A stretch of 64,000 nucleotides of DNA, taken from positions 160,001-224,000 of the forward strand of contig CAVWFS010000013.1 of NCBI GenBank assembly GCA_963754315.1, written 5' to 3'. Positions within the stretch are counted from its first letter, which is position 1. Each line of letters starts with the position of its first letter. Made by a program: the position numbers and the translations under genes. The stretch is from an uncultured Candidatus Rokubacteria bacterium (GTDB lineage: Bacteria > Methylomirabilota > Methylomirabilia > Rokubacteriales > CSP1-6). Shown here in pieces: positions 10,419-20,065 of this stretch. The notes beneath the pieces are model-generated. The model did not search any database. It was given only the letters and a program-made list of their open reading frames with translations, and had not been told where the DNA came from.

Positions 10419-10649
10419 GTGCAATCCCTCTCGCAGATCGTTCACGGCTCAGTTGAGACCCACGACCTGGACTCGGTAGCCACACGCCTCGGCGTCACGA
10501 TACGCGGCCGGCACTCGGCCCTCGGGGACGCGTTGACAACCGCCGAGATCCTGTCGAGGCTCATCGGGCTCCTCGAAAAGCGGGGCATACGGTCGCTGGG
10601 CCAGGCTCTGGCCGCGACCCGGGCACTCGGAAGGCCACTCGCGCCCTAG
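10419..10649 (+). pseudogene. C-terminal fragment of a DEDDh 3'-5' exonuclease (DnaQ-like)
   Basis: HDLDSVATRLGV...RHSALGDALTTAEIL is the ExoIII H-x4-D motif; ExoI/ExoII motifs are absent upstream. Confidence 0.7.
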
Positions 10650-10685
10650 GTCAGGGTGCCGCTCGGAGGGCATAGCCCCGCCTCG

Positions 10686-10702
10686 TCGGCATCGTCCTTG
10701 CT
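10686..10702 (+). promoter_or_regulatory. Sigma54 (-24/-12) promoter candidate
   Basis: TCGGCATCGTCCTTGCT, GG-N10-GC with TTGC, ~60 bp upstream of the Bfr-like ATG (AGGAGG RBS). Confidence 0.7.
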
Positions 10703-10762
10703 CCGATAGCCAACAAGGCGGCCATTCAGGACCGTTTAGCCGCTATCAGGAGGAGTTTAGCG

Positions 10763-11341
10763 ATGAAGGCGAAGAAATCGGAGTCAAACACGTTCGTGAG
10801 CGACATCGCGGCCATCCGGGATCGAGCTCGACGACACATGGACCAGGGTGCGGTGACCGAGCGCTACGGGGCGGATCGCGACACGGTGCTGCAGATCCTG
10901 AGCGAAGCACTCGCCACCGAGATCGTGTGCGTGCTTCGGTATCGCCGGCACTACTACATGGCGAGCGGGATCCACGCGCAGTCAGTCGGGGAAGAGTTTC
11001 TGCAACATGCCGCCGAGGAGCAGGCGCACGCCGATCAGATCGCCAAGCGGATCGTGCAGCTTGGTGGTGAGCCGGACCTCGATCCGAAACGGTTGACCGA
11101 GCGCAGCCACTCCGAGTACGTCGAGGGGCGCACCTTGCTGGACATGATTCGCGAGGACCTCGTGGCGGAACGGATTGCCATCGAGTCGTACACGGACATG
11201 ATCCGCTACATCGGTGAGGATGACCCCACCACGCGGCGGATGCTGGAGGAGATCCTCGCCAAGGAAGAGGAGCACGCCGAGGAGCTGAAAACGCTCATCG
11301 AGACCCTCGACCACGACGAGCGCGCGGACGCGCGGCACTGA
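10763..11341 (+). CDS. Bacterioferritin/DpsL-like ferritin-family protein
   Basis: ALATEIVCVLRY; EEQAHADQIAKRIVQLGGEP; DLVAERIAIESY; EEEHAEEL (di-iron E/ExxH pairs). Confidence 0.85.
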   Translation: MKAKKSESNTFVSDIAAIRDRARRHMDQGAVTERYGADRDTVLQILSEALATEIVCVLRYRRHYYMASGIHAQSVGEEFLQHAAEEQAHADQIAKRIVQLGGEPDLDPKRLTERSHSEYVEGRTLLDMIREDLVAERIAIESYTDMIRYIGEDDPTTRRMLEEILAKEEEHAEELKTLIETLDHDERADARH

Positions 11342-11357
11342 AGGACGCGAGCAGGCC

Positions 11358-12104
11358 ATGTCGAGTTCTTCGGTCGTGGTCAGGCCCCACATCGATGTGC
11401 AGGCTGCCGGGGCCGATGAAGCGGAGTGGCTCGAGACTCTGCACGGTGCCGCACTTCCCGTCTGGCACCCGGGCCCAGCCGGCCGCATCGTTGTGGTGTC
11501 TCCCCATCCCGACGATGAGACCCTCGCGGTCGGCGGCCTCCTTCATGATCTAGCCGGACTCGGCTGGCGTGTGGTCCTGGTCGCGGTCACCGATGGTGAG
11601 AGGGCATATCCCGACGTTCCGGCCCTGGGTGCGATCCGGCAGGGGGAACTGGCGCGAGCGCAACGCCACCTCGGCCTGACCGAGGCTGCCATGATCCGGC
11701 TCGGAATTCCAGATGGCGCGGTTTCTCGACACGCCAGCGCTCTCGCCGCTCACTTATCACCACTGATCGTCCGCGCGTCCTGGGTCCTCGCGCCATGGCC
11801 TGGCGACGGTCATCCCGACCATGAAGCGGCTGGCCGCATCGCAGCCGAGGTGGCTAGCGAGCTCGGAGTGCCAGCGCGGTTTTTCCCAGTTTGGCTCTGG
11901 CACTTCATGGAGCCGCGGAGCAGCGCCGCGGCCGAACTTCTGGCGCGGGCCGAGCGGTGGTCACTGTCCTCGCATGCCCTCGCCGCCAAGCGAGAAGCCC
12001 TGGGCGCGTTCGCGAGTCAGTGTGACGGATTGCTCGGCGCCCCCATCCTCCCGCCTCATGTACTGAATCGGTTTCGACGCCCCTTCGAGGTGGTGTTTCG
12101 ATGA
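11358..12104 (+). CDS. PIG-L/LmbE family de-N-acetylase
   Basis: PHPDDETL; VTDGE; DGHPDHEA metal-binding motifs. Confidence 0.88.
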   Translation: MSSSSVVVRPHIDVQAAGADEAEWLETLHGAALPVWHPGPAGRIVVVSPHPDDETLAVGGLLHDLAGLGWRVVLVAVTDGERAYPDVPALGAIRQGELARAQRHLGLTEAAMIRLGIPDGAVSRHASALAAHLSPLIVRASWVLAPWPGDGHPDHEAAGRIAAEVASELGVPARFFPVWLWHFMEPRSSAAAELLARAERWSLSSHALAAKREALGAFASQCDGLLGAPILPPHVLNRFRRPFEVVFR

Positions 12105-12703
12105 AATCCGACATCCGCGAGAGCCGTGTCCCCGGAGAATCCTTCGAAGCGCAATACCGTGCTCGACGGGACCCCTGGAATTTCGCCGGCTCTCCGTACG
12201 AGCAGCACCGGTACTCGGTGGCCATCGCCATGCTGCCGCAGCCGCGTTATCGCCGGGGCTTCGAGCCGGGCTGTTCGATCGGAGAACTCACCGTTCGCCT
12301 GGCCGCTCGCTGTGACTCGCTGATCGCCATCGACTGCTCGCCCACCGCGGTATCGCGGGCGCGCGAGCGCTGTCGAGGCCTCGAGCACGTGACGATCAAG
12401 GTCGGCGAGCTGCCGCAGACGTGGCCAACGGGTCCGTTTGACCTCGTCGTTCTCAGCGAGCTTGGATATTACTTTTCGCGGGATCTCCTGGCCGCGCTCG
12501 TTGCCCGGAGCGGCTCTCTCTTGGAACCTGGTGGGACATTGCTTGCCGTCCACTGGCGCGGTCACTCACCCGACCACATTCTCCACGGAGATGAGGTGCA
12601 CGAGCTGGCGCGCAGGGAGGCAGCCAAACGCCATCTGCTGCGGCAAGCCTCGTACCTCGAGGACAAGTTTCGCGCAGACGTGTGGACGAGGGAGGCAGCG
12701 TGA
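12101..12703 (+). CDS. SAM-dependent methyltransferase, NodS-like
   Basis: DPWNF...YE; FEPGCSIG; FDLVVLSELGYY; ATGA overlap with the upstream gene. Confidence 0.85.
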   Translation: MKSDIRESRVPGESFEAQYRARRDPWNFAGSPYEQHRYSVAIAMLPQPRYRRGFEPGCSIGELTVRLAARCDSLIAIDCSPTAVSRARERCRGLEHVTIKVGELPQTWPTGPFDLVVLSELGYYFSRDLLAALVARSGSLLEPGGTLLAVHWRGHSPDHILHGDEVHELARREAAKRHLLRQASYLEDKFRADVWTREAA

Positions 12704-13449
12704 AGAGGATCGCGCGGCTGGCCGTCATCATCCCCGCCCACAACGAAAGGGCGGTCATTGCCCGCTGCATCTCGTCTGTCCAGCAGGCGCTAGCAGCCCC
12801 TGCCCTCCGGAGGCTCGATCGCCGAATTGTCGTGGTCGCAGATCGGTGCATCGACGATACGGCCCAACGCGCCGAGGAAGCCCTTCGTCTCCATGGCGCC
12901 CCTACGGTTGGTCAGGTCCTACGCGTGGATCTTCAAAGTGCGGGCCGGGCACGGGCAGCCGGAGTCATGGCCGCGCTCCACCACTGGAAGGCAGCAGACC
13001 CAGCGACCATTTGGCTCGCGAACACCGACGCGGATACCTCGGTGTCGCCCGCGTGGCTTGTCCGTCAGATCCGGGCTGCTCGAGAGGGATGGGCGGCGGT
13101 GGCGGGGATCATCGATGTGGACACCTTTGCGGGCTACCGCCTCGATATGCGCTGGCGCTTCCGAACAACCTACGCTTTGCCCAAAGACCGTCCACATCCC
13201 CATGTCCATGGCTGTAACATGGGCGTAAGGGCCGACGCGTATCTCGACGTGGGAGGCTGGCCGGCCGTGAATCTGGCCGAGGATCACGGTCTCTGGAATG
13301 CCTTACGAGCCCGCGGCTGGCCATGCCTCTCGGACAGAAATCTCTCTGTCATCACCAGCGGCCGGCGCGTGGGCCGGGCACGGGGAGGGTTTGCCGATAC
13401 TCTGGTTGCGCTGGAGGGCGCCCCGGTTCCACTGGAGGCAGCATCGTGA
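12700..13449 (+). CDS. Glycosyltransferase family 2 (soluble)
   Basis: VIIPAHNE; VVADRCIDDT; NTDAD; HGCNMG; AEDH; TSGR; GTGA overlap. Confidence 0.88.
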   Translation: MKRIARLAVIIPAHNERAVIARCISSVQQALAAPALRRLDRRIVVVADRCIDDTAQRAEEALRLHGAPTVGQVLRVDLQSAGRARAAGVMAALHHWKAADPATIWLANTDADTSVSPAWLVRQIRAAREGWAAVAGIIDVDTFAGYRLDMRWRFRTTYALPKDRPHPHVHGCNMGVRADAYLDVGGWPAVNLAEDHGLWNALRARGWPCLSDRNLSVITSGRRVGRARGGFADTLVALEGAPVPLEAAS

Positions 13450-14477
13450 GCGCACGCGTGTCGGCTTGTCCGGCGGGGCCAGAGGCGATCGCTCACGCGT
13501 CAGAACGTGACGGTACGAACGGCACAGCGCGCCGCTTTCGAGCGATCGTCGGTGGGGGACGTGCAGATTTGCCCGCGCCGGGATCCGGCCAGACAGCGGA
13601 TCGGTTCTCGGCCCTGAGCGCGCTGGCGACCGACGATCTGTCGGTTGCACGCCTCGTCGAGGCTCATGCCGATGCGGCGGCGATCCTCGCTGAAGCCGGC
13701 CACGCAGGTCCCAGGGGGGACGACACGTTCGCTGTCTGGGCTTCCGATGGACCCGGGAGCCGACTGGAAGCCGTCGCCGTGCCGGGAGGTTGGCGCCTGA
13801 CGGGCACGAAGCGATTCTGTAGCGGCAGCACGATCGTGGATCAGGCGGTGGTCACCGCGCACGCCCCCGACGGGTTGCGTCTGTTCATTCTTCCCCTGGG
13901 GACCGAGGACACCCGGGTGGAAACGGGAGAATGGGCCACGGCGGCGTTCGCGGCCACGGCGACCGGCACGGTACATGTCCAGGCGGTCGTGCCAGAGGAA
14001 GCCGCCGTCGGTGGACCGGGATTCTATCTTGCGCGGCCAGGCTTCTGGCATGGCGCGGTCGGAGTCGCGGCGTGTTGGGCCGGGGGGGCGCAGGGCCTGG
14101 TTGACCGCTATGCCCGTCGTCACTGGCGCGACGACCCCCACGCGATAGCCGCATTCGGCGCTGCCCAAGCCGCGTGCTGGACGATGCGTACCGCGCTGCA
14201 ACGGGCCGCGGTGGAAATCGATGGCGATCCTCTCGACCAAGATGGCGCCGGAATGCGCCGAGCGCTCCTCGTCCGACACGTAATCGAGCAGGCTTGTCAG
14301 GACGTCCTGGGGAGGCTCGCGCGGGCCGCGGGCCCTCGCGCCACTGCCTTTGACCCATGGTTCGCTCAACAGAGCGCGGACCTTGCCATCTATCTGCAGC
14401 AGTGTCATGGCGAGCGCGATCTGGAGGCGCTGGGCCGTCTGGCAGCCCCCGACCAGACGCGGGGTGACGGCGACTAG
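13446..14477 (+). CDS. Acyl-CoA dehydrogenase-like flavoprotein
   Basis: LSVARLVEAHADA; GWRLTGTKRFCSG; YLARPGFW; DLAIYLQQ; GTGA overlap. Confidence 0.8.
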   Translation: MSARVSACPAGPEAIAHASERDGTNGTARRFRAIVGGGRADLPAPGSGQTADRFSALSALATDDLSVARLVEAHADAAAILAEAGHAGPRGDDTFAVWASDGPGSRLEAVAVPGGWRLTGTKRFCSGSTIVDQAVVTAHAPDGLRLFILPLGTEDTRVETGEWATAAFAATATGTVHVQAVVPEEAAVGGPGFYLARPGFWHGAVGVAACWAGGAQGLVDRYARRHWRDDPHAIAAFGAAQAACWTMRTALQRAAVEIDGDPLDQDGAGMRRALLVRHVIEQACQDVLGRLARAAGPRATAFDPWFAQQSADLAIYLQQCHGERDLEALGRLAAPDQTRGDGD

Positions 14478-14496
14478 CCTTCAGACGTCGCCACAC

Positions 14497-15564
14497 GTGA
14501 GACGCCCCCCTCGCAATCCCGACCTCCATGGCAATGCACCAGACAAGGTGCGTGTCGCGGTGCTGGTCATCGATGTCATCAACGATCTCGATTTCCCCGG
14601 GGGCGCCACGCTTCTTCGCGCCGCCCTCCGCATGAGCACTCACCTGGCTCCGCTTCTGTCGCGAGCCCGCCGCGTTGGCGTTCCCGTCATCTACGTGAAC
14701 GACAACTGGGGTCGATGGCGCTCGGACCTCAGTCACATCGTGCGCCATTGTCAGCAAGAGGAGTGTCGGGGACGCCGCCTGGCGCTCACACTCGCGCCGA
14801 CGCCACGCGACTATTTTGTGCTGAAACCGAAGCACTCGGGATTCTTTGCCACCGCGCTCGATACGCTCCTGACATACCTGGGCGCGGACACGCTCGTGCT
14901 CACTGGGCTCACGACCGATAACTGCGTCCTTTTCACGGCCAGCGATGCGTACATCCGCGACTTCAGGTTGTTCGTCCCGAGCGATTGCGTCACGTCGATC
15001 CGCCCTCAGGATCATCGGCAGGCGCTGTCCCATATGCGCCGGGTGCTCCGGGCCGACACGCGTCGAGCAGCTCGCATCGACCTTCGCGCGCTTCGCGGGC
15101 GAGGCGCCCGCCTTGAGCTTGTCAAGCCAGCCCGCCGCCAGGTACGTCTCAGTTTGAAATCCAGGCGGCGTCACTCGATGACATGGGTCGCTCTCAGTAG
15201 CAACGAGGGCGGGATCGTCAACCCGAGCGCATTGGCGGTTTTGAGGTTGATGGCCAGGTCGAATTCGGCGGGCTGCTGCACAGGCAGATCGCCCCGGTTT
15301 GGCGCCCCGCAGAATCTTGTCGATGTAGGTGGCGGCACGCATCCAGCTCTGCGGCGTGCTGACCGGGCCATAGCTCAAGAGTCCCCCCGCGGATACAAAC
15401 CCTCGACTCGGATAGATAGTCGGCAATTTGGTCTTTGCCGCGAGCTCGACAAGCTTGTCGCGTTGCGCTGGGGTGCTGCCGAACGGCGCGCCACCCAGTA
15501 CGATCAGCGCGCCGGCGTTCTTCTTTGCCATCGATGCAAACGCCCCCTCAAATTCTTCGGGTGA
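14497..15564 (+). CDS. Isochorismatase-family cysteine hydrolase (domain ends near 15100; ORF continues without a stop)
   Basis: VLVIDVIND; PVIYVNDN; LKPKHSGFF; GLTTDNCVLFTASDA (D-K-C triad); the 3' extension overlaps an antisense gene. Confidence 0.8.
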   Translation: MRRPPRNPDLHGNAPDKVRVAVLVIDVINDLDFPGGATLLRAALRMSTHLAPLLSRARRVGVPVIYVNDNWGRWRSDLSHIVRHCQQEECRGRRLALTLAPTPRDYFVLKPKHSGFFATALDTLLTYLGADTLVLTGLTTDNCVLFTASDAYIRDFRLFVPSDCVTSIRPQDHRQALSHMRRVLRADTRRAARIDLRALRGRGARLELVKPARRQVRLSLKSRRRHSMTWVALSSNEGGIVNPSALAVLRLMARSNSAGCCTGRSPRFGAPQNLVDVGGGTHPALRRADRAIAQESPRGYKPSTRIDSRQFGLCRELDKLVALRWGAAERRATQYDQRAGVLLCHRCKRPLKFFG

Positions 15565-15949
15565 TCTGACCACCGCGGACAGAACCGTGAGACCGATACC
15601 CCTCGCCGCGTCTTGAATTGCCTGGAGTGATAAGGGATGAGCAGGGTTGTCGGACAGCCTGTCACGTTGCCCCCGGGACGCGCGAGGCTGGCGACAAGCC
15701 CGGAGCCTACCGGGTCGGTGACGTCGATTATGACAATGGGGATTGTCGGCGTTGCCCGCATCGCAGCGATGGCCTCAGGGGTTGTCTGAGCGACGATGGC
15801 GTCGGGTCTCAGCGCAACGAGCTCGGCGGCAAGGGTTGGGAAACGCTCGTTCTGACCATGCACCCCTTCTCCTGCTGCGCCTCGGCGATGAGCGGCGTTG
15901 CGAGGACGCCGACACCTACTGTCCGGAGGAAGCGGCGCCGGTCCATCAT
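15171..15949 (-). pseudogene. ABC transporter substrate-binding protein (ABC_sub_bind type), broken by frameshifts and internal deletions
   Basis: Pieces in different frames: MDRRRFLRTVG...AEAQQ; ELVALRPDAIV...DPVGSGLVASLARPGGNVTG; GGLLSYG...AATYIDKILRGAKP; DLPVQQP...INLKTANALGLTIPPSLLLRATHVIE. Confidence 0.85.
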
Positions 15950-16166
15950 GGGGTGCCGATCATAGCATCCGGGCGAATAGGCACGTCCGATCACTCAAAC
16001 TGAAACACTGCCCGCCACCAGACGATTGCATCCCGCACGGCCGCCCACTAGTGTGCGCCTGACCTGCAGAAAGGATGCTCCCCACCTCCCGGCGCTGCCG
16101 ACGATGGCCGCGAGACATCGCCTCGAACTGTGTCCGTCGACGCCGCGAGAGACCCTCAGCCCCGCT

Positions 16167-16295
16167 GAGGGCCTCGGCATTGGGCTGTCGCTTGTCGACA
16201 GACTGGTCAGAGCCCAGGGCGGGGAGGTGACCGCTGAAAGCGCTGGTCCTGGCAGGGGCAGCACGTTTGTCGTCCGCCTGCCCGTAGACCGCTAG
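16167..16295 (+). pseudogene. Histidine kinase HATPase C-terminal remnant
   Basis: EGLGIGLSLVDRLVRAQGGEVTAESAGPGRGSTFVVRLP (G2 box), with no upstream kinase sequence. Confidence 0.75.
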
Positions 16296-16410
16296 CAGTC
16301 GGCCCGACCCAGCCCGGGTGACGCGCTCACCTGGGTGAACCATAGGACCGGTACCGGCGCCGCACGGGACGAGGTCCTCGAAGTCTCAGCCCCGTGACTG
16401 CCAACGGTCA

Positions 16411-16427
16411 TCGGCACGGGTTCTGCA
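16411..16427 (+). promoter_or_regulatory. Sigma54 promoter candidate
   Basis: TCGGCACGGGTTCTGCA, GG-N10-GC. Confidence 0.65.
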
Positions 16428-16440
16428 CAGTCTCGAGAGC

Positions 16441-16608
16441 GTGAGACAAGAGCTGCGGCGCTTATTCGGGTGGTTGCGACCGCGCCGTGGTCCGGGTGCC
16501 ACGGAAGCGATGGTCGCAGAGCTGAGGCGGCGGTACGTCTTCGGGGTGATTTCCCGGGCCGATCTCAAGGCGAGAGTACGCACACTCCGACAGCGGCTGG
16601 ATATCTAG
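16441..16608 (+). CDS. Small protein (55 aa) with SHOCT-like C-terminus; not in the ORF track
   Basis: GTG...TAG reads MRQELRRLFGWLRPRRGPGATEAMVAELRRRYVFGVISRADLKARVRTLRQRLDI; lies directly after the sigma54 site. Confidence 0.4.
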   Translation: MRQELRRLFGWLRPRRGPGATEAMVAELRRRYVFGVISRADLKARVRTLRQRLDI

Positions 16609-16635
16609 TGGCGAAGAGGTGCCACGGGGAGGGAC

Positions 16636-16888
16636 ATGATGATTGGATTTGTGACCGGGGCTATTGCGGGAGGGGCGTTCATATGGTTCTGGGGTGATCG
16701 TATCAGGGAGCTTGCCCAGGACAAGACCAGCCAGGCGCGAGACACCGTTGCGCGCGGGCTGGACAACGTGCAGGCTGCGGCGGAAGGTGCCCTCGACACT
16801 GCCAAGGAGCAAGTGCGTACAGACGCTCCAGGCGGGTCAGGATTACGTACGATCCGACGACAGGAAGACCCCTTCCACCTACCGATAG
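16636..16888 (+). CDS. YtxH-like small membrane-anchored stress protein (one apparent frameshift near 16821)
   Basis: GGAGGG RBS; MMIGFVTGAIAGGAFIWFWG anchor followed by an amphipathic helix; continues in a shifted frame as TLQAGQDYVRSDDRKTPSTYR*. Confidence 0.6.
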
Positions 16889-16953
16889 ATCGCCCTGCCT
16901 GCCATAGCCTGCCACCGCCGGGCCGAGACTCGGCGGTCGCAGGCTATCGCGCG

Positions 16954-19311
16954 TTATACGCGGGGCGGGTCGGTGCTCCGGGCCCAGTTGCGGTGTTTGC
17001 GCAGCGCATCCACAAAGGCGGGCAGGTCACGGACTAGCGCCCAGTCCGAGTTGTCGCCCGCCGGAACTCCGGCGGCCTTGATCACCTCCGAACCTGCCCC
17101 CAGCATCAAGATCGGCTTGCAGTGACGGTACTGATCTTTCAGAAATTCCAGCACCTGCCCCAGCTGACTTAACTCCCTGGCAGCGTCCTTCCCATCAGGC
17201 ACGACGACGCCGTCAAAGAGCACCGAGGGGAACGTCTCGAAGGTCGCATCGGGCTCGAGGTCTGTTCCGCCAGCCACGGCGAGGGGTGCCAGGCCCGCCG
17301 CCAGCAGCCGGACGACCGCGCCATCCTGGCCGAGCGCCGCGCGTGCTCGGTCCACCGAATCCGCGCTGATCCCCGGCGCGCAAAGAATCGCGACTTTCCG
17401 CCCGCGTATGCTGCCGTCACCGGGCCGCGCGGTCAAGGACAAGGCCGGCGACTTCGTGACCTCGGGCTTGGGCGGCGCACCCACACGGGGCATGGCCTTG
17501 GGCAGCGCAATACCCAGACCTGCTGCCACCGCCCCGGCGAGCTCGTCTGACACGTTGCGCAGCATCGAGACCGTACGCTCCCGGATCGCAGGGACCTGGA
17601 CCTTGGTCAGCTCGAAGCGGAAGGCGCGCACGATGTGCGCCTTCTCGAATGGCGCCTGACTGTTCCAGAACAGGGTGGCCTGCGAATAGTGGTCCCCGAA
17701 CTTCTCAGGCTTTCCCCGAACCTTCTCGTCCGCCATTGCCTGCGGGAAACTGACGAAGCCCCGGGCGCCAGCCTGGAACGGGCAGCCCCCACCCAGGGAG
17801 TTGGGCTCGTAGGACACGCGGCCGCGATGGATGGCCTGGCGATGAAAGCCATCCCGCTGGTTGTTGTGGGCGGGCGCAATCGCCGAGTTGATGGGGATCT
17901 CATGGAAATTCGGGCCGCCTAGCCGCAGGAGCTGGGTGTCGAAATAGGAGTGGATGCGCCCGGCCAGAAGAGGGTCGTTCGAGAAATCGATGCCGGGCAC
18001 GAGATTTTGCACACCGAAGGCAACCTGCTCGGTTTCGGCAAAGAAGTTGTCCGGATTACGGTTCAGCACCATGCGGCCCACCGGCATCACCGGGACCAAC
18101 TCCTCGGGCACGATCTTCGTGGCATCGAGCACGTCGAAACTGAACTTGTCCGCCTGTGCTTCCGTGAAGATCTGTAGCCCCAGCTCGTAGGTCGGAAACA
18201 CCCCGGCTTCGATCGATTCCCACAGATCGCGGCGCGTGTAGTCGGGATCGGCGCCGGCGATCTTGACGGACTCATCCCAGTCAAGCGAATGCGTCCCGGC
18301 GACCGGGTTCCAGTGGAACTTGACGAAGCGCGACTCACCCTCGGCGTTCACCAGCCGGAAGGTGTGCACCCCGAACCCTTGCATGGTGCGGAAGCTCCGC
18401 GGCAAGGCACGGTCGGACATGACCCACATCAGCATGTGGGTCGACTCCGGCATCAGCGAGACGAAATCCCAGAACGTGTCGTGGGCGCTGGCGGCTTGCG
18501 GCATCCCATGGTGAGGCTCGGGCTTCACGGCGTGGATGAGGTCCGGAAACTTGATGGCGTCCTGGATGAAAAACACCGGGATGTTGTTGCCCACGAGGTC
18601 AAAGTTGCCCTCATCGGTGTAGAACTTCGTGGCGAAGCCGCGGACATCGCGGGGGGTGTCGGCGGAACCCCGTTCACCCGCCACGGTCGAGAACCGCACG
18701 AACACCGGCGTCCTTTTCCCTTTCGCCCCCAGGAACGACGCACGCGTGAACCGGGCGAGTGAGTCGTAGCACTCGAAAAACCCGTGCGCCGCCGATCCGC
18801 GCGCGTGCACGATCCGCTCGGGAATACGCTCATGGTCGAAGTGGGTGATCTTCTCGCGGAGGATGAAGTCCTCCAGGAGGGCGGGGCCGCGGAACCCGGC
18901 CTTGAGCGAGTTCTGATTGTCGGCAATCGGTTGCGCGAAGTTCGTCGTGAGGACTTGCCCTCCCGAATCGACCCGCGCCCGGTCCAGGGGGGCATTGCCC
19001 GGATTTGTCCCGGGCTTCGCCTCACTCCCGGTCTTGGGTGACGTGTTGACCTCGGTGAGCGTGCTGCCAGTCACCGCCGGGTCAGACGGCTTCGCGGTCG
19101 CGCCTGCCCTGGGCCTCCTGGCGGCATCCCCAATTTCGTGGGGCTTGTTCGCATTGAATGGAAATTCAGCGGCAAGGGCCTGCGTGCCCTGCGCCTTGCG
19201 CACGGCGGGATCGCCATTCGCGTTGCGCGGCCCCTTCCGGGGGCCGCTCACCGTCGACCTGGCCGCCCCCTTGCCGTTCTTACCATTGTCCGCACTCTTC
19301 CGCATGTCCAT
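16954..19311 (-). CDS. katE: Large-subunit monofunctional heme catalase (HPII/clade 2) with C-terminal DJ-1/PfpI-like domain
   Basis: [44 protein letters not shown]-terminal [16 protein letters not shown] before the ATG at 19311. Confidence 0.95.
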   Translation of the reverse strand: MDMRKSADNGKNGKGAARSTVSGPRKGPRNANGDPAVRKAQGTQALAAEFPFNANKPHEIGDAARRPRAGATAKPSDPAVTGSTLTEVNTSPKTGSEAKPGTNPGNAPLDRARVDSGGQVLTTNFAQPIADNQNSLKAGFRGPALLEDFILREKITHFDHERIPERIVHARGSAAHGFFECYDSLARFTRASFLGAKGKRTPVFVRFSTVAGERGSADTPRDVRGFATKFYTDEGNFDLVGNNIPVFFIQDAIKFPDLIHAVKPEPHHGMPQAASAHDTFWDFVSLMPESTHMLMWVMSDRALPRSFRTMQGFGVHTFRLVNAEGESRFVKFHWNPVAGTHSLDWDESVKIAGADPDYTRRDLWESIEAGVFPTYELGLQIFTEAQADKFSFDVLDATKIVPEELVPVMPVGRMVLNRNPDNFFAETEQVAFGVQNLVPGIDFSNDPLLAGRIHSYFDTQLLRLGGPNFHEIPINSAIAPAHNNQRDGFHRQAIHRGRVSYEPNSLGGGCPFQAGARGFVSFPQAMADEKVRGKPEKFGDHYSQATLFWNSQAPFEKAHIVRAFRFELTKVQVPAIRERTVSMLRNVSDELAGAVAAGLGIALPKAMPRVGAPPKPEVTKSPALSLTARPGDGSIRGRKVAILCAPGISADSVDRARAALGQDGAVVRLLAAGLAPLAVAGGTDLEPDATFETFPSVLFDGVVVPDGKDAARELSQLGQVLEFLKDQYRHCKPILMLGAGSEVIKAAGVPAGDNSDWALVRDLPAFVDALRKHRNWARSTDPPRV

Positions 19312-19555
19312 ATCTCCCAATCGGCGTGCTTCGCCGGTAAACGCTCTGGAGAGAACAGCAGCCAGCGCACTGCTGGCCACTTCTTGGGCACGAGACCTGC
19401 CCTGCTGTCATGGTCGCGAACGAACTGGCCCCGCACTCCTAGAGAATCAGTACTTGTTTAGGGACTGTTCGCCGGCAACCTGCCGTTCGATGCGTCGCGC
19501 CGGGGTGCCGCGGCGACGGCCGTCTCACGGCCCGCGCGTGAGCCGTTCCCGACTG

Positions 19556-20065
19556 CTACGGGCCAGCCAGAGAGGGTCTCGGCGTGGCATCTCTTGAACC
19601 GCGTCCGTCCAGCACTGACTGGGCGGCGCGCTCGAGCCCCTTTTTGACGAGCGTGGCGACTGCGGCGGTCGCCGCGGCCGCCAGGATCTTTCCCATGACG
19701 GTTGGCTCGGCCGCCACTCGTTCGGGCCGATCGATCATGTGCCCCACCGCCTGGCGGAGCCGAGCCATGCGACCGAGAAGCCCCTGCTGGCGCGCGCGCC
19801 GCTCCATCCCTAACCATACGGCTCCAGCCACCGCTGCGATCAGCGCAACGGCGGTCACGGTCACTCCTACCGCGTGGCGTCTCACCTGGAGCCGCACGTC
19901 CGTCAGCTCGTGACGGCGCCGGTCGATCTCCACGACCATTCCGCCGATCTCTTCTCGCAAGATCGCGATCTCGCCCTCTAAGTGGCGTGATGCGACGCGT
20001 GGGGACTCCCCGGGCTGACTGCCCGTCTCACCGCCATTCCCTAGGCCAGATGCTCTTTCGCCCAT
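19556..20065 (-). CDS. Hypothetical membrane-anchored protein (DUF3618-like)
   Basis: GGAGG RBS; LEGEIAILREEIGGMVVEIDRRR coiled coil followed by a TM helix; start overlaps the holin-family gene. Confidence 0.6.
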   Translation of the reverse strand: MGERASGLGNGGETGSQPGESPRVASRHLEGEIAILREEIGGMVVEIDRRRHELTDVRLQVRRHAVGVTVTAVALIAAVAGAVWLGMERRARQQGLLGRMARLRQAVGHMIDRPERVAAEPTVMGKILAAAATAAVATLVKKGLERAAQSVLDGRGSRDATPRPSLAGP

